From Raja brachyura (taxonomy: Eukaryota), in assembly GCA_963514005.1 (NCBI GenBank), contig OY740783.1, positions 64,790,001-64,854,000 of the forward strand: DNA of 64,000 nt, in the 5' to 3' direction. The notes below the pieces were generated by a model that saw only the letters and a program-made list of their open reading frames with translations, did not search any database and was not told the origin of the DNA. The position numbers and the translations under genes are program-made. How positions within the stretch are numbered: position 1 is the stretch's first letter; every line of letters starts with the position of its first letter. This document shows positions 12,314 to 25,617 of the stretch, piece by piece.

Positions 12314-14865
12314 CTAAACAAAATGAACCAGTTTACATTTGTAAAAAAAAAATCAATCATATTTTTCATTGCTATTTGCATTGCATAAATTAGATTTATT
12401 TATTAATGCTACTAGAATTTATTATTCTACTATTGCTAATTAGAATTATTAATCAAATAATAACTTCTTAAACCTACAATTAAATAACTGTCCCTTCAAT
12501 TCAGATCAGGTCCAACTTCCCTCCCCAGCCTGTGGGACTGTAAATTTGATAATCTTAGCCGAGCTGTAGTTTATACAATCAGTAGACAAGCTTCTAGGCT
12601 GAAGGGAAAAGGTTTTGTTTCTGATTATTATGCATTTCCTCCTGAGGTTAGAGCCTCTATGACAGTGAAAATAGAGTTGGGGTAAGGAAGATAAATAATT
12701 AAGAATTGGAGTGAGAAATTGAACTTTGATCAAGGCGCAAAACAGGTAATAACTGATATTGAAGGGAAAGTCAGATGCACAATGGGCAAGTAACCAACCC
12801 ACTGTAGTCAGTTCTGAGACTGCATCCCAGCCAAATTTCATTATCCACCCCCATTCATTCCTTTCTAATTAGCTTTAAAACATCAATCAATATGCTGTAT
12901 CATTTTTGCAGCAACTTTTATTTTACTCTTTGGTAAAATATTATAACTATAGTGGCAAAATATTTTTGGCTAAAGACACTATAGGGCCCCAAAAATGAAA
13001 AGTAGAATTGGTCCTTAATTTAAAAGCAATGCTTAATTTAAGCTTAACCCTTCCACTCCAAGAACCGCAATGAATTGTAAAACTAATTATACAGCCAAAA
13101 GGTTCTTGCTAATATAATCATTCATTTTACCTATGTCCACATTAATGATGGAAGTGACATTAATTTTTGGAAAGAAATTTGATAAATTCCCAAAATACAA
13201 TCATGTTTTGTATCTTATGTACAGAATTACTATTTAAATTCAGATTATATATATCTGGGTGGCCTCAATGGCATAAAAATTAAACAATATCCAGACCTAA
13301 TTACCTGGTGAAAGCAAGTTTGATCAGACTGTGACAATTGAGCCTTTGTTTGAAAATCAAAATGTGAAACCTCTACATCTGAAGGTCTTGCTGTATTTTT
13401 TTTACCAAGTACCTTTCCTTTCTTTTTAAATACAGACTTTTACAAAAAAAAATCCCCCAACAAAACCAGCATTGAGTTTTTGCTGCTGTGTGTTCCAGAC
13501 CCTGCAGGGTCATTCAACTGACTTGCTAAACATGATTTGCCCTATTATAATCTCAACTATAAATTTTCATTAAGACAAGACTTGGCTGGCTGCCACCAGG
13601 CTCCGGGGTTTGGAATACAGTGAAATGTCTTTGTCCAATCACATACCCAGCGCTCACTCAGCAGACCAATAACTTCAACTTGCAAGCAGTCACATAACTG
13701 AAACCTGAATGGAAATTAAATCAATCCAAGTTCCCTCCTTGAGACATAAAGGACCCCCTCCCCGGCCAATACTACACAGAATTATCGTGATGAAGCACAG
13801 GTGTGCAAAAACCCACATGCCGGTATCATATCATTGACTAATGATTATGGAAAAGCCTTTACAGTTTGTGGAGGGAGTAAAACATGCGCCTTTTCCACAG
13901 GAAATCAAATTAATTCGAGAACAAAAATACACATGTAATACTTTTGCTCACTTGATCTTCAGCATTCTTATTGTAACAGTGACAGGGTTTATATAGTTAT
14001 TTTCAAAAATAGAATTTATGCGGGAGCAGTAGTTCCAGAATGCAATTTTATAAAATGATTAATTTATTATATTATTGATAAGAAAAGCAGCATTTTCAAA
14101 ACAGTGATAGACTTGATTAGAAGCTTTCCTGTCATTTTCCACACCTTGCGCCAATTTACAATTTTCCGAACTCCCCAGGGCATTATAATATAACAAGATC
14201 CAGATTTTACTATTATTGTAATGTTAAGATCATCAGCTTCACAGTCATAACATCACAATACATCAACAGCTTTGTGATTTCTGTGCCTTCATAGCATAGT
14301 GAAGTCACAAGTTCATCCCTACTCTTTTGATTCCTTTTGTTTTTACAGGCGTCTCCAAACGCAGTCAAGAGAAAGCAGTTAGAGTTGATTTAAATGAGAT
14401 GTTTGTGAACCAGCTAGGCTCAAAATTCTCAAAAAATGTAAAGGTTTGTGGCATGAAGTTTCAGAAAGTTTACAATGGTGTACTATCAACAAATTGATTG
14501 CAAAATCACTAAATCATTGGAGTCTCCTGCAAAAGCTTCTTCATTGCCTCTTCCAAAACATGCAACCTCTACTGCCTAGAAGGCCAACCATGAGTTACAC
14601 GCCACCCTGACTTGGAAGTATATTACCATTGCTTTATTGTCACTAGGTTCGATTCCCAAAAAACCCTATTCAACAATATTGGGGGAATGTATGGATGTTC
14701 AAGAAAGTGTGGCTTTTGACTATCTTCCCAAATCAATCTGTTGGAGTGACCAATTTTGTTGCACAGTAAATATGAATTATAACCATGGGATCCGATAATT
14801 CCTTGCAAGACCACCATCCATTCTAGCCATCCCTTTGCTGTACGAACTCAACTTTTATAAAGACG

Positions 14866-15790
14866 CTCGACCAAGTGGGAAACATTGGGTCCCTGTCACA
14901 CGGTAGGCCTGGTCCCCCAATGCAACCAGTACCCCCAACACAATATTTCCCCACTCACCCGTTCCCCCAACGCAATATTCCACCACTCACCCGAACTGCG
15001 CAGGCGCGGCTCATTTCCCCTCATCCCCAGCACTCACTCCCTCTATTCACCCTCCCTCTTCACCACTTCCTCCCTCTCCTTTCACCTACCCTTAGTCACT
15101 CCCTCCATCCCTAACCCCTCTCCCCTCCCAAGCCCCTCCTCTTCCTCTATTAAACAACAATCTTCTCCTCATCCCCTCCCCAACTCCCTCCCTCTCCTTA
15201 CAACAATGTTACAAATCTCTCATTGGACTGGGAGTCCTGTCTTTGTTAACATTGTCCATAACCCCTCTCCCCTTCCTGCCCTATGTGGGAGCCGATTGGG
15301 CCTTGTTCCCCCAACGCAATATTCCGGTCCAGTCGGGGGGGGGGGGGGGGGGGGGGGGGGGGGAGGGGGAAGGGGGAGGAGTGCGGCTCCGGGCCCAGTC
15401 CGTATCTTCGTGCAGCCTCGCTCAGGGCCCTGGGCTGTGATTTGACCTGTGGAGCCACGGGAGGGGGAGGGAGGAGCGCGGCTCCGGGCGCAGTCCGTGT
15501 CTGTGTCCAGCCACGCTCAGGGCCCTGGGCTGTGATTCGAGCCAATGGGGGCGGGGAAGCTTCTCCTTCCCCCCCCCCTCCCGCGGCTGGTTGCATCTCC
15601 CTCTCCCTCCCCTGGCTGGTTGCCTCTCGCTCCCCATCCCGCAGCTCCGTACCCACGTCATTTTAAAATAACTGAAAGTCAGTCAGTGACTTTTTGAGGC
15701 TGCGGTCTTGATTCGCAGGAGGGGGAAGGAGGAGCGCGGCTCCGGGCGCAGTCTGTGTCTTTTATGGGTGCTTTTATCGGGGACAGCGAT
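14866..15790 (-). mobile_element. Non-autonomous Helitron-like element (degenerate 3' end, C-rich tract, internal GC-rich ~95-bp tandem units)
   Basis: Minus strand ends GGGACCCAATGTTTCCCACTTGGTCGAG, a variant of the hairpin+CTAG end of the copies at 20677 and 42109; GTTCCCCCAACGCAATATTCC recurs internally; the 5' boundary is approximate. Confidence 0.6.
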
Positions 15791-16514
15791 GGACAATTTA
15801 AATTTCCCAGCTACTATGTGGGATTGATACAGGTGTTTCATCCTATTTCAGTCAGGGCTGACTTGGTTGCCAGCATTCCCACTTCCACAATAGTGACTTC
15901 AAATCCCACTCCAGTGAGATAGAATAGTTAGCCTTATGCATATCTGAGTGCAGCATTGGCAAACCTCCATCATTTAGATGTGATGTTAAGTCTATTTCAA
16001 AACCTATCACAAAAATAAAATAACATGGCATCAAGCTACCAGAGATATTCTCTCCAACCTACCCATTCCTCAACCTTCTCTGCAACTTAAAATTAACGCT
16101 TTCTCTCTTTTCGTGTTCTGTTGAGGTGTCTACAACCTGAAATCTTTCTCTTTCCATAGATGCTTCCTGATCTGCTCAGTGATTCAAGCAATTTCAACAC
16201 ATTTTTTGAATAATTAATAATTTAGCACTTTTCAAAGAACAGAGGAATTATTCTGAGCCAAGATTTGTCATCCTGCAATCAACACAGCACAGATTATCAT
16301 CATTGTGGCATTACAGACATCCGTTGGCAAGAGTTAAATAAAGACAGGTACACTGTGTTCTCTGGGATCTTGCAGTGAGTGAGTAAGTGACATTACCATG
16401 CATTGGTATCAATTAAAGTGTGCAATTCTACCATCATGACGGTGTGGAAGCCAAATCAAGTCAAATGGGAGACTGATATGATCCTGCCCATTTTCAAGAT
16501 GTTTTCCAAGTATA

Positions 16515-16718
16515 CACAAAATGCTGGAGTAACTCAGTAGGTGAGGCAGCATCTAAGGAGAGAAGGAATTGGCGACTTTTCACGGCAATACCCTCTTCAG
16601 TTTCGACCCGAAACGTCGCCAATTCCTTCTCTCTATGGATATTGCCTCACCCGCTGAGTTACTCCAGCATTTTATGTCTACCTTCGATTTACCAGCATCT
16701 GCAGTTCTTTCTTATACA
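16515..16718. mobile_element. Penelope-like element 3'/pLTR fragments in inverted (fold-back) arrangement with a 13-bp target-site duplication
   Basis: Arms ~16511-16580 and ~16611-16680 are reverse complements; TTTTCCAAGTATA at 16502-16514 and 16719-16731. Confidence 0.85.
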
Positions 16719-16894
16719 TTTTCCAAGTATATCCTGGTTTATTTGGTCCCTGTACCATTCCCCTTTGTTTTACCTGGTATTGATACCAAAAAAACGAAAC
16801 TTAAAATATCTCTGGTTACAACCACACAATGGCTCAGAGAAAATACTTGAGATTAAGAAGTTAGATCCAAAACAAAGGGAGGGAAAAGACTTAC

Positions 16895-17078
16895 TTCTAA
16901 GTGCAGTTTCTGGCCTGTTGTCTGCCTTGTCGTGAACCCATTCAGGAGGAGGTGGCCGAATGTTCGCTTGGGAGGCAGCATAAGCCACAGGATCATTACT
17001 GACCCAGGCAGTCAGGTAGATGTAAAAAGCATTGGGATTGATGATTCCATCAGCATTCACTAATCGCTGTTTTGTCAA
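16895..17078 (-). CDS. PTCH1: PTCH1 exon 17 (184 nt): [42 protein letters not shown]...ETALR
   Basis: Within ORF 16770..17087; canonical splice sites. Confidence 0.97.
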
Positions 17079-18455
17079 CTGCAACACAATGAAAAACTGC
17101 TTAGATCACAGTATTTTTATTTCGTTTTTTCTTTCATTAACATACAGCCACAGAATAAAAGAACAACCAAAATCCTCACATAAAGCATTCTTGCTGTCAC
17201 AAGGAATGAATTAAAACCAAATTTTACTTCAGTTAAAGGTTCAAAATACATCACAAACACATCAGTATTTAGCATTCCATATATATATCTATATATTTTT
17301 TAGAAAAATCTAAAATGAGAACGAAATAAAATTTGGCAAGAGTCCCCCATGCACGTCTGTGTGCAGTTAACCTCTGTTGTTAACGCCAAAGGAAATGCCA
17401 CCCAGCAAATGGGGGAGAGCTATAAAAATAAAACAACATCTGTACAAATTTTCCTAGCACTTGCTTCATCTGACCTGTGTATATTCAGATAATGCACCAT
17501 GCCAAAAAACAGACAGAAGCAGAATCTTGCTTGGATCACCCGTGGAGCAGTTTTCTTTTCAATGTTCATCTCAGACAGAAAACAGCATGGACTTTAGTGT
17601 CAAAAAGAACTGCTTTTGTTGCCAAAAATTGCACATTTTGGAAGGGGAAATGAAATATATGGAAACTGTATAGTTTTACTTTTAAGTGCACTTGTCATGT
17701 TCTGCTTTTAGTTTTCTATTTGAATGACAGAGGCACTGAAAAAATGTGATACACTAGATCTGGATTTAATTAATCCACAGGATACTCGACAACTGTACGT
17801 CTTCTGCTGTATGTGGAATCAAACAGTGCGGCTTGCAACCCCTGTGGGCATGGCACACTTTTCTCCCTCCCAGGCACAGGAAATTACATCAGAAGTCCCA
17901 ACATTTGGTCCCACAAGCTACACCTGGTAAAGAATGAACTACTGTATTTAGAGCTTACATGGGTAAATGCTCATTCAGGCCAACTCTTGATCAGTATTTT
18001 GTGTCTTAATTCTTTCAGTGTTAACGGGTACGCTGTAGCCAGCAGAAAAGCAACATGTTTTACACTGTAATAATTTTAAACAATGTACTCTGTAAAACTG
18101 TCACGTTGAATATGGCAGAGAAGGTGGAGAATAAACAGAACTATTCTCAGAACATTATTGATGGTACTTCGCCAAAAAAGACAAATGGCTAGAGTGAGAA
18201 TCTAATTGCTTTTCAGTGCTTAGTACCATTTCCACTGAGACGTCGCATTTGTAATGAAAGCAGACAATAAAAAATTGAAATTCTGTAACCTTTTGTGCAG
18301 AAACCATGTGGAGAAATAATGCATTACCACAAAAGAGGCTACTAAAATGTTCGAGAAAATTTGGGTTCACACTCAGCAACTCAAAACACAAAATAAATTC
18401 AGTTATTCTCTCACTCATCAATAAAGCAGCTGTTGATTGTGTTATAAATCCTTAC

Positions 18456-18598
18456 CTGACTTAAGTCAGTAGGTTTGTGCCTATTGCCAGTCTGAATTAG
18501 CAACTTGTATGCCAGAACACCATCATCAGACCCGTTTTTGTAATTGTTGTGGGTGATCTTTCCAGCTTTCCATTCCCTGTCAAAGGTATCTTGCAGAT
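18456..18598 (-). CDS. PTCH1: PTCH1 exon 16 (143 nt): [48 protein letters not shown]
   Basis: Manual translation; atcag acceptor, GTAAGG donor. Confidence 0.96.
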
Positions 18599-19499
18599 CT
18601 GATTACCAAAAAGTTGAAACCTTTTGTAAACAACAAATAATCTGCAACTCCAAAACGTGTAATATTTCACATAACGGATTTAAATCAATGAAATGAACTC
18701 ACAGAATCACATACATAAAACACAAGTGGAGGCATGAAAATGTAAATCAACATTCTGCATAACGGTCTACTTTTGTCTACTGAAAATGAATGGAAACTTT
18801 ATTGGGTTTTTTTAAATTTAGTGGTGTTTGGCCAGTTTGGCTGCAGGAGTCAGTTCATTCTTGTGAAAATGGCAAGACCTGTTATTTATATCTGTAAACT
18901 AGTCATTCCCATAGTCAGCACAAGATGGACTCAAAGAAATTTGTGTTATTGAAAATGTAATTTTTGTTACAGTGAAATGCATGAACTACGACTTCCACAA
19001 CAAGTGATTTCGACAATAGGTTTTATGTCATATGTCACAGTCCAGAAATGAAACACAATATGATCCTCTTGGGAAATATCCTGTCATACATAAGTATAAG
19101 AAATAGACAGCTAATAATTGGAAATACCACCAACACGCAGGTTAGGCTAAAGAGGAACATTGGTCAGAATTTATGTTCCTGATTGCCAGCAATAAGGATT
19201 GATGAAAACCACATTAGTACAGATACAATTTTTTTTTTTAAAGTCTTGTTTGTGCATTGCCCATGAGACTGAATAGTTGCAAAAGGAAACACAAGAGACT
19301 GCAGATGCTGGAATCTGGGGTAAAAACAACTGCTGGCTCTGCCGAGTCCCTCCAGGAATTTGTTTTTGAATAGTTTGCAAATTCGCTGTTTGGACTCATC
19401 CATGAAAATAACTGTATGACTAGTCTCATTTTGCAATTGGAGCTGTAACCAATTATAAATCACCATAATCAAGAGATGCAAATAATTATTACATGAGAA

Positions 19500-19630
19500 T
19501 GTAGAAACAAAGAACTGCAATTTACAACAAAAGGCACAAAATGCTGGAGTCAGGAGGCAGCATCATTGGAGAACATGGTTAGGTGACATTCCAGGTTGCG
19601 ACTCTTCTTCAGACAGATCAGGTCTCAGAC
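19500..19630 (-). mobile_element. Penelope-like pLTR fragment (degenerate hammerhead core)
   Basis: Same family as 52696-52980: CACAAAATGCTGGAG...GGCAGCATC...GGTGACATT...TCTTCAGAC. Confidence 0.7.
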
Positions 19631-19844
19631 AAGAGATTTATAATAATGAATATTTTTAGTCTATAATGAGAATCAGTAACCTTGCTCTCTCAGGTAGAAT
19701 GTTTAGAAAAGATTCAGAATATACCAATACTGGAAAGTCAATCCTCAGAAAGCCCTGTGTAGGAGAATTGGACAGGATGGGGATGGGCGAGAGAAGTGGG
19801 GAAGTTTCTTCATTGACCTCTACTCGTCTACAATGACAGGAAAT

Positions 19845-20280
19845 CATAGAATTGTCACAACACGAAAGGAGACCATTCTGCCCGTCGTGTCTGTTTCACT
19901 CTCCACTTGAGACTTTCTCGAGTTTCATTCATTTGGTCTTTTCTCCATGTTTGACATTTTTATTCACCATACTTGTATCCAATTCCCTTTTTAAGGCTAC
20001 AATGGAACTTATCTCCACCATGCAGTGCATTCCAGATTCCAACCACAAGCTGCGTTAAAATGTTTTTCCTCATGTCACTCTTAATTTCCTTCTGTTATTT
20101 TCTAAATGTGATCTTCAGCCCTTGACCCCTGCACCGAAGGATACAGCCTCCCACCATCCACTCGGTCCAGTTCCCTCATCATTTTATATACTTTCAATAA
20201 AACCCAGAGAAATTTGGGTTTTGCAACCTCTAATTTATCTGTGTAACTGTAGTCCCTCATCTCAATGATCATTCTCAGAA
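19845..20280 (-). mobile_element. Old CR1 LINE 3' fragment
   Basis: Minus-strand VYKMMRELDRVDGGRLYP resembles the C-terminus of CR1 ORF2 (compare 7020-7070). Confidence 0.6.
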
Positions 20281-20329
20281 AAAAAATACACACACACACA
20301 CAAACATACAATATATATACACACATATA

Positions 20330-20677
20330 TAAAGTTTTGTTCGATTTGACAAAGTAATTCCCTTTAAAAACTTTAATTTACTTTAAGCCCCCTGGGCCCG
20401 CTGCGGTCCCACTTGCCGGTGCAGTCAGCCGCACCTGCGCAGTTGGGGGAAGGTTGCCAGGCCTGGTATCCGCGCATGCGTAGTTGGGGAGGGTTGCCGG
20501 ATCCGCCGCCATTGTGACTTGCGTCACAACGGAGATCTCTGGCGTCACAACGGACCCATCAGCCGGGCCTGCGCAGTTGAGGGATCGTCATTTTTACTGA
20601 ACATCGCCTCGTGTATGGGTGAATGGTGGAATATTGCGTTGGGGGCGGGGGACCCAACGGGTCTGCGCTTGGACTAG
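20330..20677 (+). mobile_element. Non-autonomous Helitron-like element, 3' end intact
   Basis: Hairpin GACCC-AAC-GGGTC (20651-20663) 10 nt upstream of CTAG (20674-77) followed by T; internal GCGCAGTTGG and CGTCACAACGG repeats; the 5' boundary is approximate. Confidence 0.7.
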
Positions 20678-20795
20678 TATTTTATAAAGCTCAGCATAAT
20701 TTCATTTTTTTTTGTACTCCGTGAATTGGGTGCACCCCATTAACTGTTTTCTCAACCTGTTGTACAATCTGGAATAATTTATGCACACACAGCCG

Positions 20796-20928
20796 AGATC
20801 TATGGGATATGGGGAGAATGCAGGCACAGGTTACTGATTGTGGATGATCAGCCATGGTCACGATGAGTGGCAGTGCAGGCTTGAAGGGCCAAATGGCCTC
20901 TTCCTGCATCTATTTTCCATGTTTCTAC
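20796..20928 (+). mobile_element. CR1-family 3' tail
   Basis: GATGATCAGCCATG...GGCTTGAAGGGCCAAATGGCCT.TTCCTGCA; same tail at 28668-28992, 33943-34015, 34530-34700, 48595-48690. Confidence 0.75.
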
Positions 20929-23900
20929 ATTGCATCTCACTATTCGCCTTTCCAAAATGCATCACATCAAATTTCTCTGCATTTTAATTATGTTAAGTCT
21001 TGAAAACAATCTGAAGGGTTCCAACCGTAAACGTAGCCTGTCCATTTCCCTTCACTAATATTGCTTGACCCGCTGCGTTCCTCCAGCAGTCTTTATATTT
21101 TAGTTAAGATCTCGATCTCTCCCTCTCCCTCTCCTAAACACCAATTCCTGGAGAACACCACTTTTTCACATTCCCTAGTTAGAGCAATCATCAATCATTC
21201 ACCACAAGCCTCCACTGTTCAATACATAGTCAACCACATCCATCCCATCTATGTCCCTTTTACGCCATGTATTTCAAACTTACCGATGAACCAGTTATGT
21301 GGGTTTAAATTAATGTACATTATACTGACTGCCTTACCCTCATCAGAGAGTCCTATTAAAATAACTAAACACAATTTGCTCTGCATAAATCTGTGTTGGC
21401 TCGCATTACTCCATTTCTCTCCGGGTACCTATTAATCCTGCAATATTTCTAAAAGCTTCTGTGTTTCTAAAAGATTTTCCACCAATGTGATAAAAGTGAC
21501 TGGCCTGTGGTTGTAAACCATAACATTGCTCCCTCCTTTGAATTAGTAACTAACATTTACTTCTCCCCAGCACTTTGACACCACCCGTGTGTGTATAAAT
21601 AGTTTAGGAGAATTAAGATCAGCCCCCATAATTTCGGCCTGCACTTCCCTCTAAATCCTACGAAGATCTGACCTACTCCTGATGACTTAAGTTCATCAAG
21701 CTTTTCTACATGCAATCAATTTTTAACATATCCAATGACGCACCGTCTCCTGTTCCACTATTACTTTGTAAGCACCTGGTGAAGACCAATGCAAAGTATT
21801 CTTTCAGAATTCATGTGAAAGTTCCCATTTTTTTCCCTTTATGGACCCCGTTAATTTATATATTACCATTTATATGCCCAGAGAATACTTCACACATGGT
21901 CGCTTCATTTCCCATTTTAATTTCCACTTCCCCTCGGATTCTTTTATAACCAGCCAGGTGGTCGCTGGTATTTACAACCATACACGCGTCACAAGTAGCT
22001 GTTTTTTGGCTTCATCTTCCTCTGCATCTCTTTCATAAATGGAGTCGCTGGATTTGTTTGTCTTTCTTTTGCACTTCATGGGATGTGCCTCAACTGTGCT
22101 TGAATCATTCTTCCTAAAAGATTGGTTCCATTTTAATTTTGCATATCAAGCTTTGGTTCCAACTTACTTAGGATGGATGGCTTTACTCCAATTAATTGAT
22201 TTGTACTTTGGCTCTCGCTCCCTATTGAGATAGACTGGTCACCAACAGCTTCAGCCTTTAAAACATCTCGTGCCAGCTTAAAATCAATTTTGTTAATGCC
22301 TCTAAGCTCCTGCTCGGGACCTTGATTGCAGTTACAGGTTTTTAACAAAAACCTGAATGCAAACCTGTGTGTTCTTGATAGACGGCAACTTTCTCTAACA
22401 GCAATTATACACACTAAGTTTCACACAGCAGACTGGAGGAAAATGTGTACAGCACGGGGTGAAAACAGTATGAACGTCCAAGTTAAAAAGAAAAGGAACT
22501 CAGCCGTTCCTCAAGCACAGCATGAGTTAGCACTGTGTCCTCAATTCATTCCATCTGTTTGACTTGGGCAGCACATATAAGTCGTGAGATCTGTTGCCAG
22601 CATATGTAAAGATCACAGCCAACACCTATTCATTCTGAACTGCTATTTTCCTCTGCACCCTTTTTAAAAAAAAAGCATAGAAGATCAGTGGCTGTTCCAA
22701 GCAGGTAATTTGGATCACATTTGGAACAGGAAGCCACAACCCTGTACAACGAGCCTCTGTGTGAGCAGATGACAAACCGCATACCCAACGTTTAGACCCA
22801 CCTCACAGCTGCACTGAAGCTGTAATCAAAACCATCATTACAAATCTGATAGGTTAACTACAGCTGTAAGGAGATAAGGGTAAAAAAGCCAGGCACAAAT
22901 GCCATTGCCCGAGGGCTGAGCTTGCTCATTCCAGATTGAAAAAAACTCCCACGTAGACTTGCAGACTCCAACCTAAAACAAACTGGTTTGAAACAATGGC
23001 AAGAGCTTCAAAAGCACACACTGCACACCTGCCAAACTTGATGCACATTCCCAGACATGCCTTGGAATGAAGAGGAACCAATGCGTAAATACCACCTAGG
23101 TGATTTCAAAGCACTCCACCGAGTGTGGCCTTGGGTTGCACACATGCTTTCAAAGCTTAGTTTCCTTAAATAATAATAGCGCAACTGGATTATCTTCTAT
23201 CCCGTCAACACAAACACCCACCGGCACAACATTTAATGAACATGTGCGCCCCACCAATAATAAGATTGTTTACCTCAAAGGTGGACACTACACCGCTTAT
23301 TACTTTTTGCACAGTGATGCATATTCATCTTTAATTTGGAACGAACCATATTGCAGTAAACTCCAGGTGAAAATGCTAACCTTTGAAAAACTAGACTAGG
23401 CACTTGTTGTAGAGATCCACACTGGTATATCAGATATTCATGGACATCAGTGCTCATCCAATTATAAATCATGTTTTGATTACAAATCACCAACAACCAG
23501 TTGAATAAGGGTTTTTTACATCAAGATAATAACATTTACAACGACGTCTCATGGAGGTGAGCAATGGCAATCTTTCCCTCCTTCAGGCAATCAATTAAGC
23601 AACGTCTTATCTTCCTACCACTGTTGTTATGAATCAGAGATACTGTATACGGTCTATAATCGCTAACCTGGCAATATTATTACAATACTAAAATTCCAGC
23701 CAGAAATCACAGCAAAATCCAAAGCTAGGACTAAAAGATACATTAAAATATAAACCAGGAGTGGTACATCAGTGAGTGAACCAAATTATTTGAGAGGATG
23801 AATGAGAACAGAAATATCATGATTTTGATTAAACCAAATGACCGTTGCAGATTTTAACAACAAAACGAGCAGGTCCTCAGCACAAATGGATTAATCCTGA

Positions 23901-24867
23901 CCAGTTAATCTGCATGAGTGCACAAATGGATGCATGTTTTCCAACAGGGGTCACTAGCTATTGATCAAAGGCAGTCTCTGCCTGATCTTTCTCTTTTCAG
24001 ATTAGAAATGCAGGGCCATCTGTCACAACTACAGAGCTGAAAATGGTTTTGTTTATAGTTGTCTCTGCATTTTACGGTGAAAGATTTATAACTCATCATT
24101 TAATAGGCAAATATTGGCAATTATATCAAAATTACACCCAGCAGTTAATAGAATAGGCACCTGATATATCATTCCAAAATTACAATTTTTGATCATTTCT
24201 TCTTTCTCTAGAAAAATTCCTACAATTCTCAAATTTAAATATTCCCGTTTGTTTTCAAGGCTTCTGAAAATTTAGACCTTTTTAAGAGATCATTTATATC
24301 ATCCTGGCCCTATCTTATAGAAACAGGTTTACAATAGAAACTATTTCTCTTCTAGTTGGGTTCCAATGGGAGGCTATCGGCATGAATTTTTAACTGTTTC
24401 TCTCTCCAAAGACGATGCCAGAACTGCTCAATATCGCCAGAACTCTCTGCCTTGATGTCAGATTTCCAGCATCTACACAATTTCTGCCATGCACAATTAG
24501 AAAGAAATGTTGTCAACTATGCAAATATATCTAGTTTCAAGCACATTATAACAAACGCTCTCATTTCTTTCTAGTATTTCAAATACAGCGGGCATTACCA
24601 CCTTAGGTACGCATTCATGAAAACATGAAAAGGAAGAAAATCTAGCACTGTCACATGAGCATCAACTATATCATTTTGCATTCACACAGTGATAGCAGGT
24701 ACGTTTTTCGATACCAAACATGTTCTAAACCAGTTGGATTACCGTGCAAAGCATCTACCTATTCCAAACAAGGCAATCATATCAAGGAGATACAGGATCA
24801 GTGGTTGTCATAGAGTAATGGCGCCGGGAAGCCGGCTCTCTGGGTCTACACTGACCATCAAGTACCC

Positions 24868-24906
24868 ATAATAATCCTTGATACATAAAGTATCAAGGAT
24901 TATTAT
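24868..24906. repeat. Perfect 17-bp inverted repeat with 5-nt spacer
   Basis: ATAATAATCCTTGATAC-ataaa-GTATCAAGGATTATTAT. Confidence 0.95.
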
Positions 24907-25617
24907 ATGTGCTGGTGTGTCACTAGTACTTGCCAGATTAAAGTCGGGCTGCTAATAGCGAGTACCAACGATTACAGAACAGACTGTGATGGTCGCAGAG
25001 GGATGGCGATAAGCAGATTAATACAGGGATAGGGGTGGCCAATCACTCATTGGCTGAATAATTCCCACTGCACTTTCCAGAATTATTTTCTAGAGGTGAA
25101 TGTCCAAGAACAGAACACCAATTGGGAGGCATATGAATATGTCATCTGAGCCCTCAAAATCCGGTCAATGTAATAATGGAAGAAACACCGACCACACAGA
25201 ATGAAACATGCTCTTTCATTGTAGATTTTTGGATAAAGTCCAACAGCACAGAAACAGGCCCTTTGGCTCAATTCATCCCTGCAAGCATGGTGCCCTATTG
25301 AAGCTAGTCCCATTTGCCTAATTCACATTGGGCCCCAATAGTCATAGAGATCTGAAATTTTGATTAGACTTCCATATTAAAGATCAAGGATGATCTCTCT
25401 GAACTCCACACGGCCTTCCACGATTTCAAGTAATATTTGGATTTTGGGATCAATTAATTTGATCTAGTAATAAATAAATATAATTTACAACATGCATTTA
25501 CATGGTGTTTTAACACAAAAAACATCATGAACAATTAATAATCAATAGCATGTGCATACAAATGCCATTGTAAATTCCTCTTCAATGGGCTAAATACGGC
25601 TAAAATTGTATAATTAT

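Noticed and set aside
14875-15666. Pro/Gly-rich ORFs up to 186 aa
   Set aside because: They arise from low-complexity C- and G-rich repeat sequence lacking stops; the same applies to 46195..46602, 49948..50310 and 52469..52906.
15372-15760. CRISPR-like repeat-spacer array
   Set aside because: Only two and a half degenerate ~95-bp units inside a transposon, no unique spacers of constant length, no cas genes, eukaryotic context.
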